From Patescibacteria group bacterium (GTDB taxonomy: Bacteria > Patescibacteriota > Microgenomatia > UBA10105 > UBA927), in NCBI GenBank assembly GCA_035510735.1, contig DATKGN010000013.1, positions 64,596 through 128,595 on the forward strand: DNA of 64,000 bases, given 5' to 3'. The notes below the pieces were generated by a model. That model did no database searches, was not told where the DNA came from, and worked only from the letters and a program-made list of their open reading frames with translations. The translations under genes and the position numbers were made by a program. This document shows, piece by piece, positions 50,939 through 59,685 of the stretch; the first letter of the stretch is position 1; every line of letters begins with the position of its first letter.

Positions 50939-50986
50939 TTTTTCATCACTATTTGCAATTATTCATTCAAATGCCAAAGGAGCAAA

Positions 50987-51013
50987 CTGGCACTCATCGA
51001 AATAGAGCGCCAC
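50987..51013. promoter_or_regulatory. CIRCE-like inverted repeat (HrcA operator consensus), or a hairpin between convergent genes
   Basis: cTGGCACTC-N9(atcgaaata)-GAGCGCCAc compared with the consensus TTAGCACTC-N9-GAGTGCTAA. Confidence 0.55.
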
Positions 51014-51125
51014 AGAAGGAAAAACGAATTAATATTCTAAGAAAATTTATCGATTATCCCGATGCAATAGTCTAAACTACGATTTATGCTGTATTTAGGC
51101 CATTGTAATGCTCCGCGCTTAAATA

Positions 51126-51479
51126 TTACGAAACAATGCCGATTGCGATAAAACGCGCTGTCCGGGTTGTAACATTCTTCATTGTATGCGTCTCACCCGG
51201 TTCTGCAACGAGTGCATCCCCTTTTTCCAATAGCACGTCCTGCCCGTCTATCGACGCTATAACGCGGCCTGAAACAATGATAAAAACTTCCTGCATCGTG
51301 CGGTGTGTATGCGCGCTAAACGATCGGTTCGGATACAATACTGCCCAATTGACCATTTGAATATCTCCTCGGGCTAAATCGTGAAGATGGAACAATACTT
51401 TCTTGACGACCCCGGGATCATTTGGATCTTCATGACCGGCTGGTTCCAAGGTTAACTGTTTTGATCGAACTATTTTCAT
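51126..51479 (-). CDS. Cupin-domain protein
   Basis: HTH...EVFIIVSG...GD...PGETH...N cupin_2 metal motifs; ATGA overlap with the ATPase gene. Confidence 0.88.
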   Translation of the reverse strand: MKIVRSKQLTLEPAGHEDPNDPGVVKKVLFHLHDLARGDIQMVNWAVLYPNRSFSAHTHRTMQEVFIIVSGRVIASIDGQDVLLEKGDALVAEPGETHTMKNVTTRTARFIAIGIVS

Positions 51480-52291
51480 ATAGTATGCGTATGACCGACA
51501 TGAATATGCTCCTGCCGGCGCTCACGCCCCCGACGGCCATGCCGGTGATCATGGATAAGATTATGCTTGACAAGAAACTTCGTATCACCAAGAACTTTGT
51601 CTACTGTCGCGTCGGCAACGAGCTTATGATCTTCCGATAAAACCAGCACCCGATCTGCCATCTCAGCAAGAAGCGATAAGTCATGTGTTGTCATGATGAG
51701 CGTTTCTCCGCGTTTTTTTGCTTCATCTATAAAATCAATAAGCCGGCTTTGGCTCTTCGGATCAAGACTCGCAAGCGGCTCATCCATAAGCCAAACGATA
51801 GGCTTCATGGATAATATCGATGCGATGGCAACACGTTTCTTTTCCCCGCCAGACAACGTGAATGGTGTGCGGTCACGAAGCGATTTGATGTTAAGGACGT
51901 CTAGTGCCCATTCCCCTCGTTTTATTACATCATCCGCGCTCAAATTCATCTGTAAAGGGCCGAAAATGATTTCATCCCAAACCGTTTGGTTAAACAGCTG
52001 AACATCCGGATCCTGAAACACAAAACCGACTTTCTGCCGGAACGCATACTCATGCTCACCTGATTCGAAATATGAGGCAGTCAGTGGTTTCCCAAAGAAC
52101 GATAGTTGACCGCCCGTCGGAAATTCCAGACCATTCAACAGTTTGAGTAATGTGCTTTTACCCGAACCGTTTGCTCCCAGGATTGCTATCCGTTCCCCGG
52201 CATGTATCTCAAAGGACACAGAATCCAACACATGGGATTTTTCATATTCAAACGAAAGGTTATTTGCTTCAAATATTTTTTGGGTATTCAT
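51476..52291 (-). CDS. cbiO: Ni/Co ECF transporter ATPase (CbiO/NikO)
   Basis: GANGSGKST, VFQDPDVQLF, LSGGEKKR, DEP, TTHD; His-rich C-terminal tail. Confidence 0.9.
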   Translation of the reverse strand: MNTQKIFEANNLSFEYEKSHVLDSVSFEIHAGERIAILGANGSGKSTLLKLLNGLEFPTGGQLSFFGKPLTASYFESGEHEYAFRQKVGFVFQDPDVQLFNQTVWDEIIFGPLQMNLSADDVIKRGEWALDVLNIKSLRDRTPFTLSGGEKKRVAIASILSMKPIVWLMDEPLASLDPKSQSRLIDFIDEAKKRGETLIMTTHDLSLLAEMADRVLVLSEDHKLVADATVDKVLGDTKFLVKHNLIHDHRHGRRGRERRQEHIHVGHTHTI

Positions 52292-52296
52292 ACGCT

Positions 52297-53106
52297 TTAT
52301 GCGGATAAAAATCCGATGCCGATTATCCCGATTAATGATAATCCTACCAATACATCTCTGGAATGAAATATAAAATTGTTTACGGTTCGGATTTTCCCGG
52401 TGTATCCGCGACTCACCATCGCATCACGCACTTCACCGCTTAATGTAATTGATTTTACCATGAGATTCCCCGCAATAATCCCGACGCCGCTTCGTGCCGC
52501 TCCTGCCGATTGCCGTCCTACGGTTCTACTCTTTCTCGCAAGCATCATATCAAGAGCCGCTGTTAACAACACATTAATATAGCGATATGTCAGCGACAAT
52601 ACAAATAAGACACCCGGGGGAATATGGAAAAACTCAAATGCTTTCATCATATGATCCCACCGGCTTGTAAAAAGGACTGCCTGAACGCTCGTCACACAGA
52701 CGGCAATGCGAAGGAGAAACCGCGCTGCTAATAATAGTCCCTCAAGCGTTATGGATGTACTTCCGAATAAATGCACGATTGATCGTCCCGGTGTCACAAA
52801 CGAAAAAATAAGCGGCACGGACAGAAAAAGCGAAAAGAACGGCAGGATGAGCCAAATCCGAAACATTTTTGCCGGCTTCAAATATGATGCTATCATCGAT
52901 AATAAACATATGATGTAGAGAAATAATAAATACAGAAGTGAGGCTTTGATACTTGCCATGAGAATAATGGTTAATGACGCAATCATTTTAACCCGTGGAT
53001 CGAGTCGTTGGAGAAACCCGCTCTTTCCGATGGAATCAGAAGTAAACATTGTCTTATTGAGACCAGATACCAGGTCATGAATATTTTTATCGAGTATTGA
53101 GGTCAT
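52297..53106 (-). CDS. cbiQ: Ni/Co ECF transporter T component (CbiQ/NikQ)
   Basis: LQRLDPRVK, YRYI, ARKSR, AMVSRGY. Confidence 0.9.
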   Translation of the reverse strand: MTSILDKNIHDLVSGLNKTMFTSDSIGKSGFLQRLDPRVKMIASLTIILMASIKASLLYLLFLYIICLLSMIASYLKPAKMFRIWLILPFFSLFLSVPLIFSFVTPGRSIVHLFGSTSITLEGLLLAARFLLRIAVCVTSVQAVLFTSRWDHMMKAFEFFHIPPGVLFVLSLTYRYINVLLTAALDMMLARKSRTVGRQSAGAARSGVGIIAGNLMVKSITLSGEVRDAMVSRGYTGKIRTVNNFIFHSRDVLVGLSLIGIIGIGFLSA

Positions 53107-54119
53107 GTTGAAGTAGTAGACGTTCGTTTTTTACGTATCCGCCGAGACACAAAAATGCTTATAGCGACAATTGCAAGTATAAGAATGACTCCGCTGAGTG
53201 CAGACACTATGTATCCTGCGGCAGAGTTATGAAGCAATGGAAGATTATAACCGGATAATGGAGCGCTCCAAATCGAATTCCACCGGTCAAACCCTTGTGG
53301 TATATAACTCAACCCCCGACGGAACAACTCAGCTCTCCCCCATTCCCCCCACGCAGTGCCGTGTGCGAGTAATCCTATCGGTGCAATGACAATTAACACT
53401 GCTATGCCAAGAACGATCGGTTTCCATGAAATCGGTAGATTTGCTGCAGTCTGTTGATGAAGTAATTTAGGAAACCGCCTTTGGATCCACGAATAGGCAA
53501 AAAACGTTATGAATCCTTCGGCGAGCCCCGCAAGCGCTAAATGGCCGATCATCATTGCGGGAACCGATATGGCCAGTGGATATGGGAAATATAATGCATG
53601 TCCGTTTGACGAATGAAATAACAACGGCTGAAGCCCAAGCTCAACTCCTGCACAGAAGGCAGCGACATTAATGGCAATATATCCGCTGACTGCGGCAAGA
53701 AATGGTTCAAGTGACTCTCTTTGAGTAATTTTTTTAAGCAGGAGGAAAAGCCCGTAGCCAACAATCGACATGACGACGGCCATATTAAAGATATTGGCGC
53801 CAAGCGCTAAAATTCCACCGTCCCCGAAAAAGAAGGCCTGTATGACGAGAGCGAGAGTGACCGATACCATAGAAAGCCAGGGGCCTAACACGAGTGCGGT
53901 AATGACTGTGCCGACTGCATGACCCGTCGTCCCGCCCGGAAGGGGCAAATTAAACATCATGATAAGGAATGAAAACGCGCCGAATACGCCGACCAGCGGT
54001 AAGGTAAGTTTGTTGTATTTTTTTTCGAGTTGTCTTGACGCTTTCACTAAAAACGGAGCAGTAGCGGCAGCCATAAGTGCTTCTGTTTGGGGACTTAAAT
54101 ATCCGTCAGGGATATGCAT
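53103..54119 (-). CDS. cbiM: Ni/Co ECF S component CbiM/NikM fused to a NikN/PDGLE-like C-terminal domain
   Basis: N-terminal MHIPDGYL, GGTTGH, GDGG, AEG; C-terminal GTAWGEWG...APLSGY plus TM. Confidence 0.9.
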   Translation of the reverse strand: MHIPDGYLSPQTEALMAAATAPFLVKASRQLEKKYNKLTLPLVGVFGAFSFLIMMFNLPLPGGTTGHAVGTVITALVLGPWLSMVSVTLALVIQAFFFGDGGILALGANIFNMAVVMSIVGYGLFLLLKKITQRESLEPFLAAVSGYIAINVAAFCAGVELGLQPLLFHSSNGHALYFPYPLAISVPAMMIGHLALAGLAEGFITFFAYSWIQRRFPKLLHQQTAANLPISWKPIVLGIAVLIVIAPIGLLAHGTAWGEWGRAELFRRGLSYIPQGFDRWNSIWSAPLSGYNLPLLHNSAAGYIVSALSGVILILAIVAISIFVSRRIRKKRTSTTST

Positions 54120-54136
54120 ATATGTATTGAGGTATC

Positions 54137-55228
54137 TTATGCTCTTGGAGTACCAATTTCAACATTCCGCTCCACCATACCGCTCGTGAGTTCTCCGATT
54201 AATTGCGGTCCTTCAAAAATGATACCGGTGATTAGTTGTACTAAATCAGCGCCGCACGCGAGTTTATCAATAACATCATCTATAGTAAATACTCCGCCGC
54301 AACCGATAAGTGCAACGTCGCGGCCGAATTTTTTCCTCGTATGGGCAACGAGCGCATTTGCATTTATAGCGGTGGGCTTTCCGCTGAAGTTTCCTTTATA
54401 ATTCTTAAATTTTTCCATCTCCTCTTTCACGAAAACAGGATTTTTCCGGTTTTTCACGAGATTTGAAAAAATAAATCCCCGCACTTCTGACGTAAGTGCG
54501 ATTCGGACCAAGGCATCGGAATCGGCCGGAGCTATTTCATTCGGCATTTTCACAAATATTGGTTGCCTGATCTTCAGCGAGACCACTTCCCTCACAAGTT
54601 TTTTAAAATTACGGGTGTCGGTAAACGATTCCGTCATTGCTGTATTGGGGCAGCTGATATTAAGCTCGAAATATTTCACGTATGGTTTTTCCTTGAACAC
54701 TTCAAAGGTATAGAGATAGTCTTCAATGGCTTTGGGAATGGTGTTCACGATCGGCAAATTCGTACTTCCGACGCTTAATCCGATCGTATGACCGGTCAGA
54801 TTTTTGCCGTCCAGACGTTTAGCTATACGGTCCGCACCTTCGGATTTAAAGCCTTTATTGACAAGGAGAGATTGGGATTTTGGCAAGCGCCCCAATCGTG
54901 GATACAGATTCCCGGGACTTGATTTTGCCGTCACTGTTCCAACTGTATTAAATCCGAATCCGACATATTTCATAATTTTTGCTACATGACCGTCATTATC
55001 AAATCCTGCCGAAAGTCCGATGGGATTTTCAAATTCCACACCCAATACATTCTTTTTTAACGATGGATTTTGGTAACTGAATACGGCAGCAACAAGGGGT
55101 GCCGCAAATTCAAGATGTTCGCCGAGAGAAGAGATTGAATTGTGAATAAATTCTGCGTCGAACTGAAACGCAAGTGGTTTGAAAACAGTGCGGTATAACG
55201 AACCGATTATCGTACGATGAGGTGACAT
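54137..55228 (-). CDS. pyrD: Dihydroorotate dehydrogenase (class 2-type N-terminus)
   Basis: KP.AF.FDAE..H extension, NPIGLSAGFD, GTVT, PRL.RL, ELNISCPN, FVKM, SGKP, GCGG, GADLVQL. Confidence 0.9.
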   Translation of the reverse strand: MSPHRTIIGSLYRTVFKPLAFQFDAEFIHNSISSLGEHLEFAAPLVAAVFSYQNPSLKKNVLGVEFENPIGLSAGFDNDGHVAKIMKYVGFGFNTVGTVTAKSSPGNLYPRLGRLPKSQSLLVNKGFKSEGADRIAKRLDGKNLTGHTIGLSVGSTNLPIVNTIPKAIEDYLYTFEVFKEKPYVKYFELNISCPNTAMTESFTDTRNFKKLVREVVSLKIRQPIFVKMPNEIAPADSDALVRIALTSEVRGFIFSNLVKNRKNPVFVKEEMEKFKNYKGNFSGKPTAINANALVAHTRKKFGRDVALIGCGGVFTIDDVIDKLACGADLVQLITGIIFEGPQLIGELTSGMVERNVEIGTPRA

Positions 55229-55230
55229 GA

Positions 55231-55701
55231 TTAACCAAGGATAAGCACCGGCTCTTCGCCGTCGTCCACAGGGAACAATTTTTGGTCAAAGAGTTTGATT
55301 CTCAGAGGTTTAATTAAGTACATGCGGCCGATAACGATTTTCTTCATCATATTTTCATAGGTTAATTCGGGATCCTTAACCCCGAGGGACGATTTCCATA
55401 AGGAAAGTGCGTGTTTTATTTTCGCAACTTCAGGTATTCGCTTCGCAATACCGGATATCTGCATACCGCGCTTCAATTTGTTTATTTCCTGATGGCTGTC
55501 AGCGATCGATACGGAAACTCTGTTATTTTTTTCAATCTGTTTACTGTGGAGCGTTGTTGGTGAGCTTAAAAAATAGAGGTTTAAATTGTTATCAAACGTA
55601 TAGTAAACGGATGCAATCCACGGAAATTTGCCGTATGTTGCGACTACCATGAATTTATATTCTCCAAGGAAGTCCAGAATCTGTTGGCGTGTTAATTCCA
55701 T
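55231..55701 (-). CDS. Pyridoxamine 5'-phosphate oxidase-like split-barrel protein (YhbP-like)
   Basis: MVVAT...PWIASVYY...LYFLS...TLH...N..VS...GMQISG. Confidence 0.8.
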   Translation of the reverse strand: MELTRQQILDFLGEYKFMVVATYGKFPWIASVYYTFDNNLNLYFLSSPTTLHSKQIEKNNRVSVSIADSHQEINKLKRGMQISGIAKRIPEVAKIKHALSLWKSSLGVKDPELTYENMMKKIVIGRMYLIKPLRIKLFDQKLFPVDDGEEPVLILG

Positions 55702-55708
55702 TACTGCT

Positions 55709-55714
55709 ATTATA
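55709..55714 (-). promoter_or_regulatory. -10 box 7 nt upstream of ATG 55701
   Basis: Minus strand reads TATAAT-agcagta-ATG; probably starts the PNPOx-pyrD-cbiMQO-cupin transcript. Confidence 0.55.
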
Positions 55715-55727
55715 CTACGTGATCTCT

Positions 55728-56270
55728 TTACAAAAAACCGTCTCTCTGGAATATTCTTTCAATAACAGCGACTGACTCATCCCTATTAAATATATTCGTA
55801 TCAATTATGTCTACGGCTAACTCTTGTGCTTGTTTACGCAGCAAATCTCGCCAATTATCCATTATGTCTGTTGCGAGCTCAGGTTGCATCCTCTCTTCAA
55901 CCAATCTACTGCGAACTATACTTTTATTGCAATCTATTAACACTGTTGTATAGTCGAAAAAATCATGTGCTTTAAAACTGTCTTTAATAAAGTTGAGATT
56001 TACTTGGCCCTCAAAAATGATCACTGTCTTATCTTGATGCTCAGTTAGCATCTTTTGAACCCACGTTTGTGTAGTTTCTTTCTGCCAATTTTCTTCAGAG
56101 CCATATTCACTTTTCATCTCATCTTTAGACGGAACACCCATTGCATCAAAGTGAAGAAAGAGCCAACCGGGTTTATTTCTATATTTTCCCTCAAGTTGAG
56201 AAACTAATGTGGTCTTTCCGACACCAGATGCACCCGTAATGAAGTAAATGTGTGGATTGCTACCTTTCAT
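55728..56270 (-). CDS. P-loop small-molecule/nucleotide kinase-like protein
   Basis: FITGASGVGKTT, HFD, IFEGQ, lid-like R..RL..R; AT-rich gene. Confidence 0.8.
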   Translation of the reverse strand: MKGSNPHIYFITGASGVGKTTLVSQLEGKYRNKPGWLFLHFDAMGVPSKDEMKSEYGSEENWQKETTQTWVQKMLTEHQDKTVIIFEGQVNLNFIKDSFKAHDFFDYTTVLIDCNKSIVRSRLVEERMQPELATDIMDNWRDLLRKQAQELAVDIIDTNIFNRDESVAVIERIFQRDGFL

Positions 56271-56288
56271 AATATAGTCGATGACTAG

Positions 56289-59024
56289 TTATCCTGTCTT
56301 CGGATAATGGCATTTTTTCCACTTTTTGCCGCTACCACACCAGCATGGATCATTGCGGCCGAGCTTTTTTGCGGCATTAACGACCGGAACTGGGGTGGAT
56401 TCGCTGTTGGTCCTCATCTTTTTTGCCGCCTGGCTCAGTTTTGTTTCAATTTCCGGTGTCTCATTTTTTCCGGCCGGTTGAAACTGCGGAGCCGGCTGAG
56501 CCTGCATCGGTTGCACTACCTGATTCGGCGATGCCTGTACCTGTACTTTATAAATTCTATGGACTATTTCACTGTCAATGGTCGCTATTAAGCTCTCAAA
56601 CATATTAAACGCTTCATTTTTGTATTCAACAAGCGGATCAAGCTGACCATACCCACGAAGACCGATGCCCTCCCGTAAATCATCTATAGCGTCTAGATGA
56701 TCCATCCATAAATTATCGATCACATTTAGACTAACCCAGCGTTCAATCTGACTCATCACCTCAGGAGACACCTGTTTTTCACGCGCATCATACATATCAG
56801 TGACAAGTTTCGTCAAAAAATCGGACATTGGGGCTGCCCCGTGTATCTGTTCCAATTGATGAAGTAATTGCTGCTGCGACGCAGGATCAAAAGGAATAAT
56901 CGAACAGAATTCGGATGCAATCTTTTCCCGGTCAAATGTTGATTCCTTTTCGGAAGAATAAATCGTTACAAGGTTAACCACTTCACCTGTCGCATTCTCA
57001 AGAATGGAATCCCGCTGCCGTTCCCCTTCTAAAATTTTACGACGCCTTCTGTATACAATCTCTCTCTGTTTGTTTAAAACATCATCGTAATCAACGAGAT
57101 GTTTCCGGGAGTCAAAATGAAATCCCTCAACTTTTATCTGGGCCTGCTCTATGGCTCTTGAAACCATCGGATGCTCAAGAGGAACATTTTCCGGAAGCTT
57201 AAAAACGGTCATGAGTTTTGCGACCTGATCACCGCCGAAAAGTCGCATGATGTCGTCTTCAAGCGACACGTAAAATCGAGTGGAACCGGGATCACCCTGA
57301 CGACCCGACCGGCCGCGAAGCTGATTATCAATCCGGCGTGACTCATGGCGTTCGGTGCCAATCACATGGAGTCCGCCTAAGGCCACAACCTCATCATGGC
57401 GTTTTTTCCACACAATCTCTTCTTTTTCCCATTGTTTATCGTTCCCGACTTCCCACTTTTCCCGACGCGAACCACCGAGAATAATATCAACTCCCCGGCC
57501 GGCCATATTGGTCGCAACGGTCACCGATCCGCGATTTCCCGCCTCAGCGATGATGGAGGCTTCCTGTAAATGATTTTTTGCGTTTAACACCTGATGAGGG
57601 ACGCCTTTGCGCTTCAGAAAATCGCTGATGATTTCATTCTTATCGATTGATGTTGTGCCGACAAGCACCGGTTGACCCCGTTTATGACATTCAGCGATGT
57701 CTTCAACGATCGCTGCATATTTCGCCCGCGGTGTTTTATACACGCTGTCGGCAAAATCATTACGGACCATATTCCGATGCGTCGGGATCACAACAACGTC
57801 AAGATTGTAAATCTTATGAAACTCTTCAGCCTCCGTTGCCGCAGTTCCGGTCATGCCGGCAAGCTTTTGATACATACGGAAGTAATTTTGAAGGGATACG
57901 GTGGCAAGCGTTTTACTCTCCTGTTGGATTGCAACACCCTCTTTAGCCTCAATAGCCTGATGAATTCCCTCGCTGAATCTGCGTCCGACGAGGAGCCGTC
58001 CGGTAAATTCATCAACGATAACGACTTGTCCGTCCTTGACGATGTAATCTTTCTCCCGCTGAAACAGCGCCCTGGCCTTTAATGCCGCTTCAATATGATG
58101 CACGGTTTCAAAATCTTTTTCGTAAATATTTCCGATGCCGAGCATTTTTTCAACTTTCAAAATGCCGTGATCCGTGAGGTGGGATGTGCGTAATTTCTCG
58201 TCGATACTGAAATCCGTATCTTTATTTAATTTATCGACGAGTTTTGCGTAATCATAGTATGCGTGCGTTGCCTCCATATCGGGCGCTGAAATAATGTGCG
58301 GCGTACGGGCCTCATCGATAAGGACCGAGTCTACCTCATCAACAACCGCGTAATGATAATCCCGCTGAACGACCTGCGTAATATCTGACACCATGTTGTC
58401 CCGCAGGTAATCAAACCCATATTCGCTGTTGATGCCGTACGTCACATCCGCAAGATACGCATCGCGCCTCGAAATTGGCTTGAGATGTTTTAAGCGCCAG
58501 TCGGTTGCATTGGGATCATCAAACGCGGGATCATAAAGAAACGACTGCTCACTAATCATCGCGGCAATTTTGAGTCCTAAAAGATGAAATATCGGTCCCA
58601 TCCATCCTGCGTCTCGTCGGGCCAAATAATCGTTGACGGTCACAAGGTGTACGCCCCGTCCGGTTAATGTATTTAAGTAAAGCGCCGGAATTGCCGATAA
58701 TGTTTTGCCCTCCCCTGTCTTTTGTTCAGCTACTTTCCCTTCGTGGAGCACCGTTGCTGCAATAAGCTGCACGTCAAAGTGCCGTTGCCCGAGCGCCCGC
58801 AGTGATGCTTCGCGTACGAGCGCAAACGCTTCCGGCAATAGTTCATCAAGGCTGCTACCACCTGAAAGGCGCTCCTTGTATTCCGCCGTTTTTTTAACGA
58901 AATCAGTATCCTTGAGGCGTTTCATATCCGACTCATGAGCATTAATTGACGTGACAATTTTTCTGATTTTGGCTAGCTCTTTTTCGTTACTGTCGAGAAG
59001 TTTTCCGATGAAGTTAAACATCAT
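56289..59024 (-). CDS. secA: Preprotein translocase ATPase SecA
   Basis: KTGEGKT, VTVNDYLARRD, VDEVDS, TNMAGRG, QLRGRSGRQGDPG, C-terminal SEC-C motif GRNDPCWCGSGKKWKKCH. Confidence 0.98.
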   Translation of the reverse strand: MMFNFIGKLLDSNEKELAKIRKIVTSINAHESDMKRLKDTDFVKKTAEYKERLSGGSSLDELLPEAFALVREASLRALGQRHFDVQLIAATVLHEGKVAEQKTGEGKTLSAIPALYLNTLTGRGVHLVTVNDYLARRDAGWMGPIFHLLGLKIAAMISEQSFLYDPAFDDPNATDWRLKHLKPISRRDAYLADVTYGINSEYGFDYLRDNMVSDITQVVQRDYHYAVVDEVDSVLIDEARTPHIISAPDMEATHAYYDYAKLVDKLNKDTDFSIDEKLRTSHLTDHGILKVEKMLGIGNIYEKDFETVHHIEAALKARALFQREKDYIVKDGQVVIVDEFTGRLLVGRRFSEGIHQAIEAKEGVAIQQESKTLATVSLQNYFRMYQKLAGMTGTAATEAEEFHKIYNLDVVVIPTHRNMVRNDFADSVYKTPRAKYAAIVEDIAECHKRGQPVLVGTTSIDKNEIISDFLKRKGVPHQVLNAKNHLQEASIIAEAGNRGSVTVATNMAGRGVDIILGGSRREKWEVGNDKQWEKEEIVWKKRHDEVVALGGLHVIGTERHESRRIDNQLRGRSGRQGDPGSTRFYVSLEDDIMRLFGGDQVAKLMTVFKLPENVPLEHPMVSRAIEQAQIKVEGFHFDSRKHLVDYDDVLNKQREIVYRRRRKILEGERQRDSILENATGEVVNLVTIYSSEKESTFDREKIASEFCSIIPFDPASQQQLLHQLEQIHGAAPMSDFLTKLVTDMYDAREKQVSPEVMSQIERWVSLNVIDNLWMDHLDAIDDLREGIGLRGYGQLDPLVEYKNEAFNMFESLIATIDSEIVHRIYKVQVQASPNQVVQPMQAQPAPQFQPAGKNETPEIETKLSQAAKKMRTNSESTPVPVVNAAKKLGRNDPCWCGSGKKWKKCHYPKTG

Positions 59025-59025
59025 C

Positions 59026-59685
59026 CTATTTTAACACAAAGAAGAATATATTCCTCAAAATTCTCTTACTCTCAACCAATTGAAAAATACGGGATAATCT
59101 GCCAAAAACTTTGCCTGATTTCGCCGGTTGATCACTGAAACTAAAATAATTCATCATCATTGCGCCATCTGGATGGAGTATTTGTTTAACATCGTGTAAG
59201 AAAGCATTTTCGGTGACAAATGCGGGAACATCGTTTGCTATATAGATATCAATGACAACAAGGTCAAAACGGTGGATATTACTTTTCTTTTTCACAAAGT
59301 CTCTTGCATCGCAAACGACGAGTTTCGTATTCGTTAGGGTATTGAGCCCAAAATATTTCTTTGAAAGGCCAATAACTTCACTATCTTTATCAACTCCGGT
59401 GATATAGGCGTCGGGATAGATATTCTGCAACTGAAATAATACGCCCCCGCCACCGACACCAAAAACAACTATACTTTTAACCGGCAAATTGTGCCAATGT
59501 CGAAGGTATCTAAGGCCCTGACGAAACAATGCATCTACGTATTTGCCGGTTTGTTCTATCCCGTTCACGCGAAGTGTCCGCCTGCCATGATTATCGACAA
59601 CAGCAATGTCACGGTTAACTGGCGAATGAGTTTCAGAAATAAGTGGAGTTTGAAATAACTTGCCAAGCCACGATCGTATGCTCAC
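59026..59685 (-). CDS. Spermidine-synthase-like class I SAM-binding protein
   Basis: RTLRVNGIEQ, FGVGGG, GVDKD.EV, DARDFV, FDLVVID; GTGA overlap with serS. Confidence 0.8.
   Translation of the reverse strand: MSIRSWLGKLFQTPLISETHSPVNRDIAVVDNHGRRTLRVNGIEQTGKYVDALFRQGLRYLRHWHNLPVKSIVVFGVGGGGVLFQLQNIYPDAYITGVDKDSEVIGLSKKYFGLNTLTNTKLVVCDARDFVKKKSNIHRFDLVVIDIYIANDVPAFVTENAFLHDVKQILHPDGAMMMNYFSFSDQPAKSGKVFGRLSRIFQLVESKRILRNIFFFVLK

Noticed and set aside
54120-54136. Cobalamin riboswitch or NikR site before cbiM
   Set aside because: Only 17 nt separate pyrD and cbiM and no motif is visible.
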